DNA from: Gemmatales bacterium
GTDB taxonomy: Bacteria; Planctomycetota; Planctomycetia; Gemmatales; Gemmataceae
Assembly: GCA_038211045.1 (NCBI GenBank)
Contig: JBBQWA010000001.1
Coordinates: 1 to 51,831, forward strand
Direction of reading: 5' to 3'
DNA length: 51,831 nt
The notes under the pieces were generated by a model. The model did no database searches. It saw only the letters and a list, made by a program, of their open reading frames with translations, and was not told where the DNA came from. Position 1 is the first letter of the stretch; every line of letters begins with the position of its first letter. Shown here in pieces: positions 29,079 to 38,476 of this stretch. The position numbers and the translations under genes were made by a program.

Positions 29079-30131
29079 TTACGGCAACGGGATCGACTTG
29101 AGCGAATAGCTCTTATCTTCCGCCTGAACGAGGATCAGCGCTCGCTCGGCGTCGAGCCGATCGAGGTGCATCACGCCGACGAGTTCCTTGATTGTCTCGT
29201 ATTTCGTGCCTTCGGTTCCGCTTTTCACGGGCTTCTCGATCCCGGCGGCGGAGGCCATCCCCTCCGTCGGCATCTTCATCACGCCGCGGGCGCTGTTGGC
29301 GATCAACAACCATTCCTTGTTGTCCTTGTTGTACACGATCATGTCGAGGGGCTTGTTGCGGTTGCCGAGTTCGGCGATGGTGGTGCCCTTCACTTTGGTA
29401 CCGGGCTTCAACTCGCTCACGGGTACGCGAACGAGCGGGGTGCAGGTGTACGCGGCCAGCAGGTAATCGGCGGCGCCGATCTTCAACGGGGTGAAGGTTT
29501 GAATGGGAGACTTGGTTTCGAGCTTGCCGTGGGCGCCGTGAAAGATTTCGATGCTGCTCCCTTTGTCCACGTCCTTGAACGGGTACGGAATCACGCGGAG
29601 GGTGCTAGAGAACTCTTCGTTCGAGAGGCCCGCGACCACGACCTTGCCTTCGACGTAGCCGATACTGGTGATCGAAGTTTGCTTGGTTTTATCGTTCGCG
29701 CCGTTGAGTTGGGCCACGGCGAAGGAAACGTCCTTCAGCGGGAACTCGGCCATTTTGCCATCGCGGGTCAGTTTCACGATCATCGAACCGCCACCGGCCC
29801 CTTGGCGGGTGACCGCGAGGTAAACGTTGCCGGAGGCGGGGTTCGCGCGAACGTCTTTGATTTGTACGTTGGCGGCGGTGGTGCCCATCATGTTGGCGAT
29901 CTTTTCATCGATCTTCTCGATGGCGATGTTGTCTTTACCGCCGGGGGCGGTATCGCCGGTATCCACGGCGACGATGGTGGCAGTGGTGGGATCGGCGAGG
30001 AAGAGAACGCCGTTGGGGCCGAAGGCGAGTGCGGTGATCGATTTGACTTCGGGGGTGCCTTTGGCGAAGTCGGCGGCGAAGCCGCTGCCTCCGAGGGCGA
30101 GGGCCGCAATGGCCGCGAGCAAGGTACGCAT
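29079..30131 (-). CDS. Secreted hypothetical protein (beta-rich)
   Basis: Start MRTLLAAIAALALGGSGFAADF (signal peptide). 350 aa, non-repetitive, no motif recognised. Confidence 0.7.
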   Translation of the reverse strand: MRTLLAAIAALALGGSGFAADFAKGTPEVKSITALAFGPNGVLFLADPTTATIVAVDTGDTAPGGKDNIAIEKIDEKIANMMGTTAANVQIKDVRANPASGNVYLAVTRQGAGGGSMIVKLTRDGKMAEFPLKDVSFAVAQLNGANDKTKQTSITSIGYVEGKVVVAGLSNEEFSSTLRVIPYPFKDVDKGSSIEIFHGAHGKLETKSPIQTFTPLKIGAADYLLAAYTCTPLVRVPVSELKPGTKVKGTTIAELGNRNKPLDMIVYNKDNKEWLLIANSARGVMKMPTEGMASAAGIEKPVKSGTEGTKYETIKELVGVMHLDRLDAERALILVQAEDKSYSLKSIPLP

Positions 30132-30236
30132 GGGAAACTCCTCGGAGAAAGAACGCCGGGCCGCACCCGGGGAACTCCCATCATGGAGCGCCGGGGCTTT
30201 GGAATCAAATGAGAATTCGCACATTCTTGAATCGAC

Positions 30237-31346
30237 TTACTTTGAGCGGCGTTTCCGCAATCGCAACGCGACACCAGCCAAAGCGCATATCCCGAGAATG
30301 GATGCCGGTTCTGGAATCGGTTGGATTGCGAGTTGGGCGTAATAGCCACTGTTCGCCACGGTATCAATGTAAGCCCCATTCAGGTCGTAGCGATTGATCG
30401 AGCCGGCTCGCCCGACCTGTTCGTTGCCCAAGTTCGCCACCCACGCCTTGCCGGTGCTGTCGAAGACGATGTCCGAAGGGAAGTCCAGTTGGGCGGTGAT
30501 GAAGTTGCTCAAGAAGGCCCCGGTGACGGAATCGTACTTCCGCACCGTGTTGCCGATGGTATCCACCACATAGAGGAAGCCGTCCGGGCCAAACTTCGCC
30601 GCAGAGGCCGAAAAAAGATTTGTTCCGGCCGCGTTCCCTTCCGGCGTAGTGGCGTTGGCGATGAACACGCTCGAAATTCCCGTGGAAGGATCGTAGCGCG
30701 TCACTTGCCCCGGCGTGCCGCCACTTCCATTACCGAAGTTGCTGAAGCCGACGCTGCTGATGAACAGCGATCCGGCGAACGGGGAACCCACGGGGGCAAC
30801 GGTGATCCCAGCCGGTTGAGTCTGATTCGATACTACGGTAGAAGCGTATACCGGCGATCCCGGTACGTTCCCGGTGGAAGTGAACGTGTAACGATCTAAT
30901 GCCCCGCTATCGGGTGCGGCTTGCAACCCGACGAAGCGACTGACGTACAAGGTGTTGCCCACGAATGCCAAGCCGGCCGGTGCCACGGTCGGCCCGCCTG
31001 TTGTCCCCGGCGTCAAGTTGGCGTAGGCCGTCGTGGCTCCGCTGGTCGTATTGACCCGCAAAATTTCGTTCGTATTCCGGCTGGAAACGTAAAGGAAGCC
31101 ATCCGGCCCGAGTATCATCCCGGAGGCCGCCGTCACCGCGAGCGTGGCCACGGGGGTAACCGTGGGGTTTTCCAAAGCGATCGGTACCGTGAACGAAGTA
31201 ATCGCACTCGGCGAGGCAAACTGCGGCGGGAACACCGAGGAAGTGATCGCGTAAACGAGTTCCTGAGCCGGTGTCGCCGTAGAATGAACCAACGTAAGGG
31301 CAAATGACAAGATAATGGCTCGAACGAATCGATGGGAGCGGATCAT
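30237..31346 (-). CDS. PEP-CTERM-anchored secreted beta-propeller-like protein
   Basis: Signal peptide MIRSHRFVRAIILSFALTLVHS. It has repeated LYV(S/V)..-type blades. The C-terminal PEPASILGICALAGVALRLRKRRSK is a PEP-CTERM sorting signal. Confidence 0.85.
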   Translation of the reverse strand: MIRSHRFVRAIILSFALTLVHSTATPAQELVYAITSSVFPPQFASPSAITSFTVPIALENPTVTPVATLAVTAASGMILGPDGFLYVSSRNTNEILRVNTTSGATTAYANLTPGTTGGPTVAPAGLAFVGNTLYVSRFVGLQAAPDSGALDRYTFTSTGNVPGSPVYASTVVSNQTQPAGITVAPVGSPFAGSLFISSVGFSNFGNGSGGTPGQVTRYDPSTGISSVFIANATTPEGNAAGTNLFSASAAKFGPDGFLYVVDTIGNTVRKYDSVTGAFLSNFITAQLDFPSDIVFDSTGKAWVANLGNEQVGRAGSINRYDLNGAYIDTVANSGYYAQLAIQPIPEPASILGICALAGVALRLRKRRSK

Positions 31347-31437
31347 GGTCAGGTGGCCTCAAATAGGAAATAAAACACTGGAAGGTGGGTCCGGGCGATC
31401 CATCGTCGTGCTTGGCACACTGCAAGAATTAGGGGCT

Positions 31438-32517
31438 TTGTGCAGTTCGTCAAGCGGCGGGAACACCCAATCGGCTCATACCTCGGCCGGGCGCCGCGCT
31501 TTCACCCTAATCGAACTTTTGGTGGTCATCGCCATCATCGCCCTTCTCATCGGCTTATTGCTCCCCGCCGTTCAGAAAGTGCGCTCCGCGGCTTCTCGGT
31601 TGCAATGTCAGAACAATTTCAAGCAACTCGGCCTCGCCATGCACAACCACGAGTTGGCCATTGGACGACTGCCCACGGCGTTCCCGGCGAATCCGCCACC
31701 CCCTTACGACACCGGCTTTCCCTACTACCACACTTGGAGTGCGCTCGCCCAACTCACGCCCTTCCTCGAACAGACCAACGTGTACAACGCAATGAATCTG
31801 AATGTGCCGCTTTACGACCCGGCGAGCTTCCTGATCTTCCAAGAGAACCGTTTCGCAGTCGGCCAACTGGTGAAGATCTTCCTATGCCCTGCGGATAATG
31901 GATTACCCCTCGGCGGGGGCTACGGAGTCGATCCGCTGGGGCCGACGAATTACGCGGTGTGCGTCGGTAGCGGTACGACCAATGGGGCGCCGCCGTTCGG
32001 TTCCCCTTGGGGTGCCGATGGCCTCTTCCGCGCCCGCGACGCCGTGAAGCTCGGCGAAGTTTCCGACGGCCTCTCGAACACCGCCGCGATGGGCGAATCG
32101 ACACTCGGCGAAGGCACCGAAGGGGCCTTGGGCGCGATGCCGGCCGCTGCTTCAAAAGTATATGCGACATTGAACATCGGCGTGCCATTGACCGACGCGA
32201 ATTGCAAAGCGGCCACCCGTTGGAACGGCGACAAACGCCGGGGGTTCCTTTGGGCCACCGGGGAAATTCGGAGCGGTTCGTACAACCATTACTTGAAGCC
32301 GAACGATCCGCAATTCGATTGTGTCACGAACCTCGTGGCGGCCAAGCCACAAACGTTCACGGCCATCGGTTTCAAAGCGGCCCGCAGTTTGCATTCCGGC
32401 GGCGTGAACGTGCTCTTCGGCGATGGTTCCGTCCGTTCGATCCGGGATTCCGTGAGCTTGGAAACTTGGCGTGCCATGGCCACTCGCGCCGGGCGAGAAG
32501 TGATCGCGGACGAGTGA
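31438..32517 (+). CDS. DUF1559 protein with prepilin-type N-terminus
   Basis: [54 protein letters not shown], plus C-terminal VLFGDGSVRSI. The start is uncertain: TTG at 31438 is chosen, and the ATG alternatives at 31315 and 31345 would overlap the divergent gene. Confidence 0.8.
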   Translation: MCSSSSGGNTQSAHTSAGRRAFTLIELLVVIAIIALLIGLLLPAVQKVRSAASRLQCQNNFKQLGLAMHNHELAIGRLPTAFPANPPPPYDTGFPYYHTWSALAQLTPFLEQTNVYNAMNLNVPLYDPASFLIFQENRFAVGQLVKIFLCPADNGLPLGGGYGVDPLGPTNYAVCVGSGTTNGAPPFGSPWGADGLFRARDAVKLGEVSDGLSNTAAMGESTLGEGTEGALGAMPAAASKVYATLNIGVPLTDANCKAATRWNGDKRRGFLWATGEIRSGSYNHYLKPNDPQFDCVTNLVAAKPQTFTAIGFKAARSLHSGGVNVLFGDGSVRSIRDSVSLETWRAMATRAGREVIADE

Positions 32518-32596
32518 ATGAACCGGCCGTAATTGCCTCGATTCAGCTTCGCCCGAGCATCCGATTCGGGGTGGTATCTCCACAGAGAATCATGCG

Positions 32597-32908
32597 ATGG
32601 TGAAGAACATCTACGGCTATTCATGGTGGGCCATCGCCGCCGTAGTGTTGAATTGGCCGTGGATGAACTTGCTCGCTTTCGCACTGTGGGAAATTCACGT
32701 CAACAAGAGTCCGGGCGCCGGATTGTTTTTCATACTACCAATCATGGCGTGGAGCGTTACGTCGCTGCTGGTGTTCGCCTGTTGGGAGCGAACGATCTGG
32801 AAGACGAGAACTTATCCGAACCTCAAGGGTCGCGGGTTGGCCTACACGGGTGTTACCATCGCAGCGGGCGGGTTGATGTTCGCAATTGTCTACTTCGTGA
32901 TATTGTAA
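32597..32908 (+). CDS. Small multi-pass membrane protein, hypothetical
   Basis: 103 aa with three or four hydrophobic helices (WWAIAAVVLNWPWMNLLAFALW, LFFILPIMAWSVTSLLVFAC, VTIAAGGLMFAIVYFVIL). It is A/T-richer than neighbouring genes and lies 4 nt upstream of the next gene. Confidence 0.5.
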   Translation: MVKNIYGYSWWAIAAVVLNWPWMNLLAFALWEIHVNKSPGAGLFFILPIMAWSVTSLLVFACWERTIWKTRTYPNLKGRGLAYTGVTIAAGGLMFAIVYFVIL

Positions 32909-32912
32909 GTTC

Positions 32913-33512
32913 ATGACCACCGTCGCCGGAATGCCGTATTCGATCCTCGAACGCATGGAGCGGGCCGTGCTGAAAGTCTACGAACGCTTATTACGTAGCA
33001 CCTCGGCATTGAACCGGGCCCGGATACCCTATGCCGTGGTCGGTGGGCATGCGGTCGCGTCGTGGGTGGCAACGGTCGATGAAGGGGCGGTGCGGAATAC
33101 CCGTGATGTCGATCTGCTGGTGAGGCGCGAGGATTTGCTAGCGATTACCGTTGCCCTGGAAGCGGTCGGCTTCGTGCGCGCCGAAGTGATGGACGTGACG
33201 ATGTTCCGCGACGGCGAGGATGGTAAGCCGAGCGAATCGATACATCTGCTGTTTACCGGGGAAAAGGTGAAAACCGAGTACCCATTCCCGAACCCGGCAA
33301 TGAAGACGGTGGACGATCCCGCCGACTACAAAGTCCTCGAATTAAAAGAATTGCTCGTGATGAAATTGCTCTCGTACCGCGACAAAGATAAGACGCATAT
33401 TCGGGATTTGATAGGTCAGCAGTTGATCGACTACGACTGGTTGCCTCGCCTTCCAGAACCGCTGGCCGGACGGTTGAAAGCGATCCTCGACAACCCCGAA
33501 ACGAACAATTAA
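32913..33512 (+). CDS. Nucleotidyltransferase-fold protein (NTP_transf_5 / AbiEii-like minimal NTase)
   Basis: The sequence AVVGGHAVASWV...RNTRDVDLLVRREDLLAITVALEAVGF fits the G[GS]-x(n)-DxD(LLV) polymerase-beta-type NTase signature. Confidence 0.6.
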   Translation: MTTVAGMPYSILERMERAVLKVYERLLRSTSALNRARIPYAVVGGHAVASWVATVDEGAVRNTRDVDLLVRREDLLAITVALEAVGFVRAEVMDVTMFRDGEDGKPSESIHLLFTGEKVKTEYPFPNPAMKTVDDPADYKVLELKELLVMKLLSYRDKDKTHIRDLIGQQLIDYDWLPRLPEPLAGRLKAILDNPETNN

Positions 33513-34807
33513 AGCCCTTTCCCGCGTTGCTTCTCCAACCCTCGGCAGGCTTTTCGCAATCGGCGGATGCCCTCCGCAATTTGCTCGGGGGAACTCACGC
33601 CGAAGCTCAAACGCACTTCGTTCTTCGGGATGTTTCCGAATTCGTCCGGAACGTGGCCGAACTGACCGGGGACGTACAAAACCCCTTCCGCGAGGGCGCG
33701 TTCGACCAGCGGGCCATGATCTCCGGCGTCGAAGTCGGCCGGAAAGCTGAGCCACACGTAGAGGCCGCCACGCGGGTGCGTCCAGCGCACTTCGGGCCAA
33801 TCGGCGAATTCTTGTTCGAGGCTGCGCAGCATCGCTTGTGCCTTCTTGCGGTACACTTCGCGCAGCGACAGCACGTGCCGGGCGTACGCCCCGTTCTCAA
33901 TCAGGCGTGAAAGAATGTGCTGGGCGAGGTTCGAGGATCCGAAATCGTGGTTCCCTTTCAAATGGCAGATCGGCGCTACGAGTTCGCGCGGAACGATGGC
34001 GAAGCCCGTCTTCAACCCCGGTGCGCACGGCTTGCTGAACGTACTCGTGTAGATCACGTACTCGTTCGACGGGTCGAACGATTTGACGCTGGGCAGATCG
34101 ATTCCTTCGTAGCGCAGTTCGCGGTACGCGGCGTCTTCGAGAATCAGAATGCGGTGCGACCGGCCGAATTCCTTGGCGATTTCCACGAGTTTCGGCCGGC
34201 GATCCGCCGCGAGCGTCAACCCGGTCGGGTTCTGGAAGTAATCGACGGTGTAGATGAGCTTCACCCTAGGCAGCTCACCGGCCGCTTCCAGCCGGTGAAG
34301 CAAGGCTTCGAGTTCGTCCATCCGCATTCCGCCGTCGTCCATGGGCACGCTGTACACTTTCACCCCTTGGCTTTGCAGCACGCCGTGGTAGACGAAGTAC
34401 GAAGGGGCTTCGCAGATCACGATGTCGCCGACGTCGAAGAGCGCTTCGCCGAGGAGGTAGAGGAGTTGTTGCGAACCGGTGGTGAGGATTACATCATCCG
34501 GCGAAAGCCCACCCGCTGCGGCGGGCGGGGTGTTGTCCCCCATCAACACCATCTCCAGCACCTGCGAACGCAGCTTCGGGTACCCCTGCGTGCTGCCGTA
34601 TTGCAGCGCCGCCTTGGAAGCCGTGGGATCGGCCATCATCGCTTGAACCGCCGCCGAAATATCGTTCGACGGGAAGCACGATTCATCGACCAACCCGGCG
34701 GCCAAGGAAATCAACCCCGGCGTGCTGATCGCCTTCTGGATGAAATACGAGATCGGCGAAGCGGAGGTTCGGTTGGCTTGCGAGGAGAGCGAGAGCGGCG
34801 CGGTCAT
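33509..34807 (-). CDS. PLP-dependent class I/II aminotransferase (2-aminoadipate/MocR-type catalytic domain)
   Basis: Start MTAPLSLSSQ. Motifs: ISLAAGLVDESCFP, the YGSTQGYPKLR motif, and the PLP-lysine motif YTSTFSKPCAPGLKTGF. Its stop overlaps the convergent stop of the NTase gene. Confidence 0.85.
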   Translation of the reverse strand: MTAPLSLSSQANRTSASPISYFIQKAISTPGLISLAAGLVDESCFPSNDISAAVQAMMADPTASKAALQYGSTQGYPKLRSQVLEMVLMGDNTPPAAAGGLSPDDVILTTGSQQLLYLLGEALFDVGDIVICEAPSYFVYHGVLQSQGVKVYSVPMDDGGMRMDELEALLHRLEAAGELPRVKLIYTVDYFQNPTGLTLAADRRPKLVEIAKEFGRSHRILILEDAAYRELRYEGIDLPSVKSFDPSNEYVIYTSTFSKPCAPGLKTGFAIVPRELVAPICHLKGNHDFGSSNLAQHILSRLIENGAYARHVLSLREVYRKKAQAMLRSLEQEFADWPEVRWTHPRGGLYVWLSFPADFDAGDHGPLVERALAEGVLYVPGQFGHVPDEFGNIPKNEVRLSFGVSSPEQIAEGIRRLRKACRGLEKQRGKGL

Positions 34808-35127
34808 GGCAATCTCGGCGTGGGTGGAAACGAAAAAAGCCCCGGAGAAGCTCCGGGGCCGTGTGCAATTATCAACACTCGGAACCCGGAAGCTATGGAA
34901 TGGCAACGGCCGCAATTCCTGCGGCGGCACGAGCGGCAGCGACCACGGCGAAATTCGCCGCGAGGGTTTGCCGGAGTTCGTAACGTTGGGCCATGGCTCG
35001 CCGAGAAAGAGTATCGAGATTGAGAAGTCTACACGCGCTTTCCGGCTTGGCAAGGCGAATTCCCGCGTAAGAAAACCTCGGCGAACGTGTTCCAATACCA
35101 TTCCATACCGCTCGGAGTTTCCGCACT

Positions 35128-35934
35128 ATGCCCCGCATTCCCTTCGCACTCGCTTTGTGTTTCGGGCTTTTCGCCCACGCTTCGGCCCGCTCGGCGGAGC
35201 CGCTGGCCGAGAAAACCTGGAAGGTCGATGGCGTCGAACGCAAAGCACTCGTTCACGCCCCGTTGCAATATTCGAACACAGCTCCTCTCGTGTTCGTTTT
35301 CCACGGCCACGGTGGCACCGCCATGAACGCTTCGCGAAGCTTCGGCATTCACACGATCTGGCCCGAGGCGGTCGTAGTTTACCCTCAAGGGTTGAACACT
35401 CCCGGCAAGCTCACCGATCCCGAAGGCAAGAAACCGGGCTGGCAATCGAACAAAGGAAGCCAAGAGGATCGCGATCTAAAATTCTTCGACACCATGCTCG
35501 CGGGGTTGAAGAAGGATCACAAGATCGACGACAAACGAATCTACTCCACCGGTCACTCCAACGGCGGCGGCTTCACCTACTTGCTTTGGGCGCAGCGCCA
35601 CGAAGTCTTCGCGGCGATGGCCCCCTCGGCGGCCGCGGCGGGATACGCCAAGGATTTGAAGCCGCTTTCGGCCATGCACCTCGGCGGCGAGAAGGATCCG
35701 CTCGTGGTGTTCGCAGTCATGCAGAAGCCGACGATGGAAGCCGTGAAGAAAGTGAATGGCTGCGAAACCGAGGGCAAGGAATGGGCGAAGTCCGGCGACC
35801 TCGTCGGCACGCAGTACGCCTCGAAAACCGGCACGCCGTTCGTCGCATTGGTCTCGCCTACCGGCACGCACACCTTCTCCAAGGAGGCCCCGGAGTTGAT
35901 CGTCAAGTTCTTCAAGGAACATGCGAAGAAATAG
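35128..35934 (+). CDS. Secreted esterase, PHB-depolymerase/LpqC family
   Basis: Signal peptide, PLVFVFHGHGGT, and the nucleophile elbow YSTGHSNGGGFTY. Confidence 0.85.
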   Translation: MPRIPFALALCFGLFAHASARSAEPLAEKTWKVDGVERKALVHAPLQYSNTAPLVFVFHGHGGTAMNASRSFGIHTIWPEAVVVYPQGLNTPGKLTDPEGKKPGWQSNKGSQEDRDLKFFDTMLAGLKKDHKIDDKRIYSTGHSNGGGFTYLLWAQRHEVFAAMAPSAAAAGYAKDLKPLSAMHLGGEKDPLVVFAVMQKPTMEAVKKVNGCETEGKEWAKSGDLVGTQYASKTGTPFVALVSPTGTHTFSKEAPELIVKFFKEHAKK

Positions 35935-35989
35935 AAAAGCCCACCCGAATGTTCGGGCAGGCTTTCTGGGGATACGAGCAACTCTCGGA

Positions 35990-36988
35990 TTATTTCTTGG
36001 CGGTGGCGGTAACCGGGACGATCACGGTGGGCATTTCTTTGCTGTCGGTCATGATTTCGAGCTTGCGGGTGAGCATACCGAGTTCGCCGAGCTTCACGTT
36101 CACGTTGAGGATATGCGTAGCGCGGGAACCTTCGGTGACGGACTTCACTGTGATTTTCTCATCCGTTCCCTTCACTTCGAGCACTTTGAAAGGGGTTTGA
36201 CTTTGCAGCAGGATTTGCCGGGGTGCGGCTTCTTGATCCATGACCACGTCGCCGAACTTGAGTTCCACCGGCTCGGCGGCGATCGGCGAGTTCACCAACA
36301 CGCTCACGGGAATCCGGAGCTTGTCGATGCCCGAAGCGTTGGTGGTGAGGATCACATCGGACATCCAATTGCCGAGGGGGCAATCGGGCTTCAATGTGGC
36401 CGTCACTTCGTACACCACTTCGTTCCCCTTGCGGGCGAATTCTTTGAATTCGACGCCGACGAACTTGCCGGTGCTGAGGGCTTGGGTGACTTGCCAAGAG
36501 GGTTGACCGAACAGCGTGACTTTCATCGAAGCTTTGCCACTCGCCCCCGTGCCGACCGTGCCGAAGCGGAGGGACTCTGGGGAGAAGAAGAGATCTTCGC
36601 GGGCAACTGTGGTGACGCGGGTAACCACTTCTTCGGCGAAAGGCGAAAGGAACGGCACACTCACGGTAACGGTTTTCGTCACGCCGCGTTGTTGGTTCGG
36701 AATCTTTTTGGTGTCCATGTACGCGATGAGGTAGGTCGTTTCGCCGGGGGCAAGCGTGGCTTTCATCAGCGTTGCGGAAACGCAACCGCAGCCGATGCGC
36801 GGCGTGCCCATCGTCACGGTGTTGCCACTCGTGTTTTTGATGGCGAAGTAGTGGGTGAGCACCGGGCCGATGGGGCTGGTGCCGAAGTCTTTGGTTGTTT
36901 CCGTGAAGTATTTCGGCGCTTGTGCCGCAGCTTGGCCGACGGCCGCCACGAGTAACGCCACCCCAAAAATTGCACGTCTCATGGTCAT
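35990..36988 (-). CDS. DUF1573 domain protein (secreted)
   Basis: Signal peptide MTMRRAIFGVALLVAAVGQAAA, followed by KDFGTSPIGPVLTHYFAIKNTSGNTVTMGTPRIGCGCVSA, the DUF1573 signature. Confidence 0.85.
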   Translation of the reverse strand: MTMRRAIFGVALLVAAVGQAAAQAPKYFTETTKDFGTSPIGPVLTHYFAIKNTSGNTVTMGTPRIGCGCVSATLMKATLAPGETTYLIAYMDTKKIPNQQRGVTKTVTVSVPFLSPFAEEVVTRVTTVAREDLFFSPESLRFGTVGTGASGKASMKVTLFGQPSWQVTQALSTGKFVGVEFKEFARKGNEVVYEVTATLKPDCPLGNWMSDVILTTNASGIDKLRIPVSVLVNSPIAAEPVELKFGDVVMDQEAAPRQILLQSQTPFKVLEVKGTDEKITVKSVTEGSRATHILNVNVKLGELGMLTRKLEIMTDSKEMPTVIVPVTATAKK

Positions 36989-37204
36989 TCTCCCGTTGTA
37001 TTTTGCCCGGTTGAGCGGTCGCTCCCCAGAATCGACACGCATCATCCGTACCAATTCACTCTAGCAGGCCCCCGAGTGTTTCAACATCAGCAATTTGTCG
37101 AAGTTGTTCAAACTCACTCGGAGGGCATCCCATCGCGTTCGGTGGAACCCACAATGTTTCCCCGATCGCATTCACCGTAACCCAATGGAGCATCCATAGA
37201 TTGC

Positions 37205-37930
37205 TTATCGGTGAGCGAGTACCGCCACATCGACTTGCGCCGCACCCCCGGCAAGAATTGCCACACTTGCCGCGTCCGCAGTCGCGCCAGTCGTAAGAAC
37301 GTCGTCGATTAGCAGAATCCGCAATCCGTTCAATCGTCGGCCATTTGCGGGGCGGAACGCATCTTTCAGATTCTCACGGCGCTCGGTGGGCGAGATCCCC
37401 GACTGTTGCAGTGTGGATTTCACGCGGCGAATCACACCTTTGCGCAATGGGATTCCCAACCCTTTGGCCACGCCGCGGGCAATGGATTCGGCTTGATTGA
37501 ACCCCCGGGCGAATCGCTTTTTCCAATGCAAAGGGATCGGTACCACCTCTTGCGGCTGGGATTTCATCAGGGTTTCTCGGCGGGCCGAAGCCCAAACCCA
37601 CCCGACCACCTCGGCAAGAGTTTCCCCAGCACGCTGTTTCATTTGCAGAATCACATCCCGGAGTTCGCCATCGTACACGCCCAAGCGCTGCGCGGATGCG
37701 AAATGGAACTTTTGAGCGTGGCAGCGCAGGCAACCGCCACTCGCATCGGCGTGCGGGCCGATGGTGGTACTGCAGCGCGGGCAGCACGAATGTCGGTCGG
37801 TCGTGAGAGCTTCCGTGCAGGATTCGCACAGGCATACGCTGGAATCGGTGGGTCGATCGCAATGCAAACATCGCCGGGGCCACACGGCATCCGCCGCTGA
37901 AAGCAAAGTATCCGTGACGATGCGGAGCAT
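37205..37930 (-). CDS. comF: ComF family phosphoribosyltransferase-like protein
   Basis: N-terminal Cys-rich zinc finger (CLHC...CESC...CPRC...CLRC) and a C-terminal PRPP loop (ILLIDDVLTTGATA). Confidence 0.9.
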   Translation of the reverse strand: MLRIVTDTLLSAADAVWPRRCLHCDRPTDSSVCLCESCTEALTTDRHSCCPRCSTTIGPHADASGGCLRCHAQKFHFASAQRLGVYDGELRDVILQMKQRAGETLAEVVGWVWASARRETLMKSQPQEVVPIPLHWKKRFARGFNQAESIARGVAKGLGIPLRKGVIRRVKSTLQQSGISPTERRENLKDAFRPANGRRLNGLRILLIDDVLTTGATADAASVAILAGGAAQVDVAVLAHR

Positions 37931-37949
37931 GTTGAACGCCTTTAGAGGA

Positions 37950-38300
37950 TCACGTCGTAAGCAGCTTCAACGCCTCTTCCTCGGAACGGACTGGAAGTTG
38001 CTTAGCTTGATAGTCTGGAGTGAAAACAAAACATCGCCCATTTGCCAAGTCGAATATGTTGTCGCCCAATACCAATGTGTTCGGTGTTCCGTCGAGATCC
38101 GGAATTCGGTATGGGATTAACGTCCCATCATTTTCATCAACTCGGAATTCACCATCTAGGGCCGGATGCTCCATTCCATTTTCAAGCTGGTTTGCACTGT
38201 GCTCGACATTTCCGAGATAGGTGCCTTTATGTAAGAGTATGACAATTTCGTCTCCAAGCTCCTTGCCCACTTTGAAGATCATAATGGCGCCGTTATCCAT
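37950..38300 (-). CDS. Small hypothetical protein (A/T-rich orphan)
   Basis: 116-aa ORF lying 19 nt upstream of comF. It is markedly A/T-richer than its surroundings. No motif recognised. Confidence 0.45.
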   Translation of the reverse strand: MDNGAIMIFKVGKELGDEIVILLHKGTYLGNVEHSANQLENGMEHPALDGEFRVDENDGTLIPYRIPDLDGTPNTLVLGDNIFDLANGRCFVFTPDYQAKQLPVRSEEEALKLLTT

Positions 38301-38476
38301 GTCATTTTCCCACTATGTATTGATTTTCTGCCCAACCTGCAATTCGTCTGTAAAGCAGTCTGCCTACAAGTCCTCTGCGGATTGAAGACAGCCTAGCCTA
38401 CGTTTTACCGCACAGCAATGGGCTGACGCTGCCGCTTTTGGCAAAAACACCCACCCTTACTGTCGATCATTATCTG

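Noticed and set aside
28880-29101. 73-aa plus-strand ORF between convergent genes, with a GGAGG 12 nt upstream
   Set aside because: The C-terminal half is basic and low-complexity and overlaps the end of the convergent gene. No motif is present. The nearby hairpin TTCGAGC..GCTCGAA (about 29029-29056) lacks a U-tract, so I did not call a terminator either.
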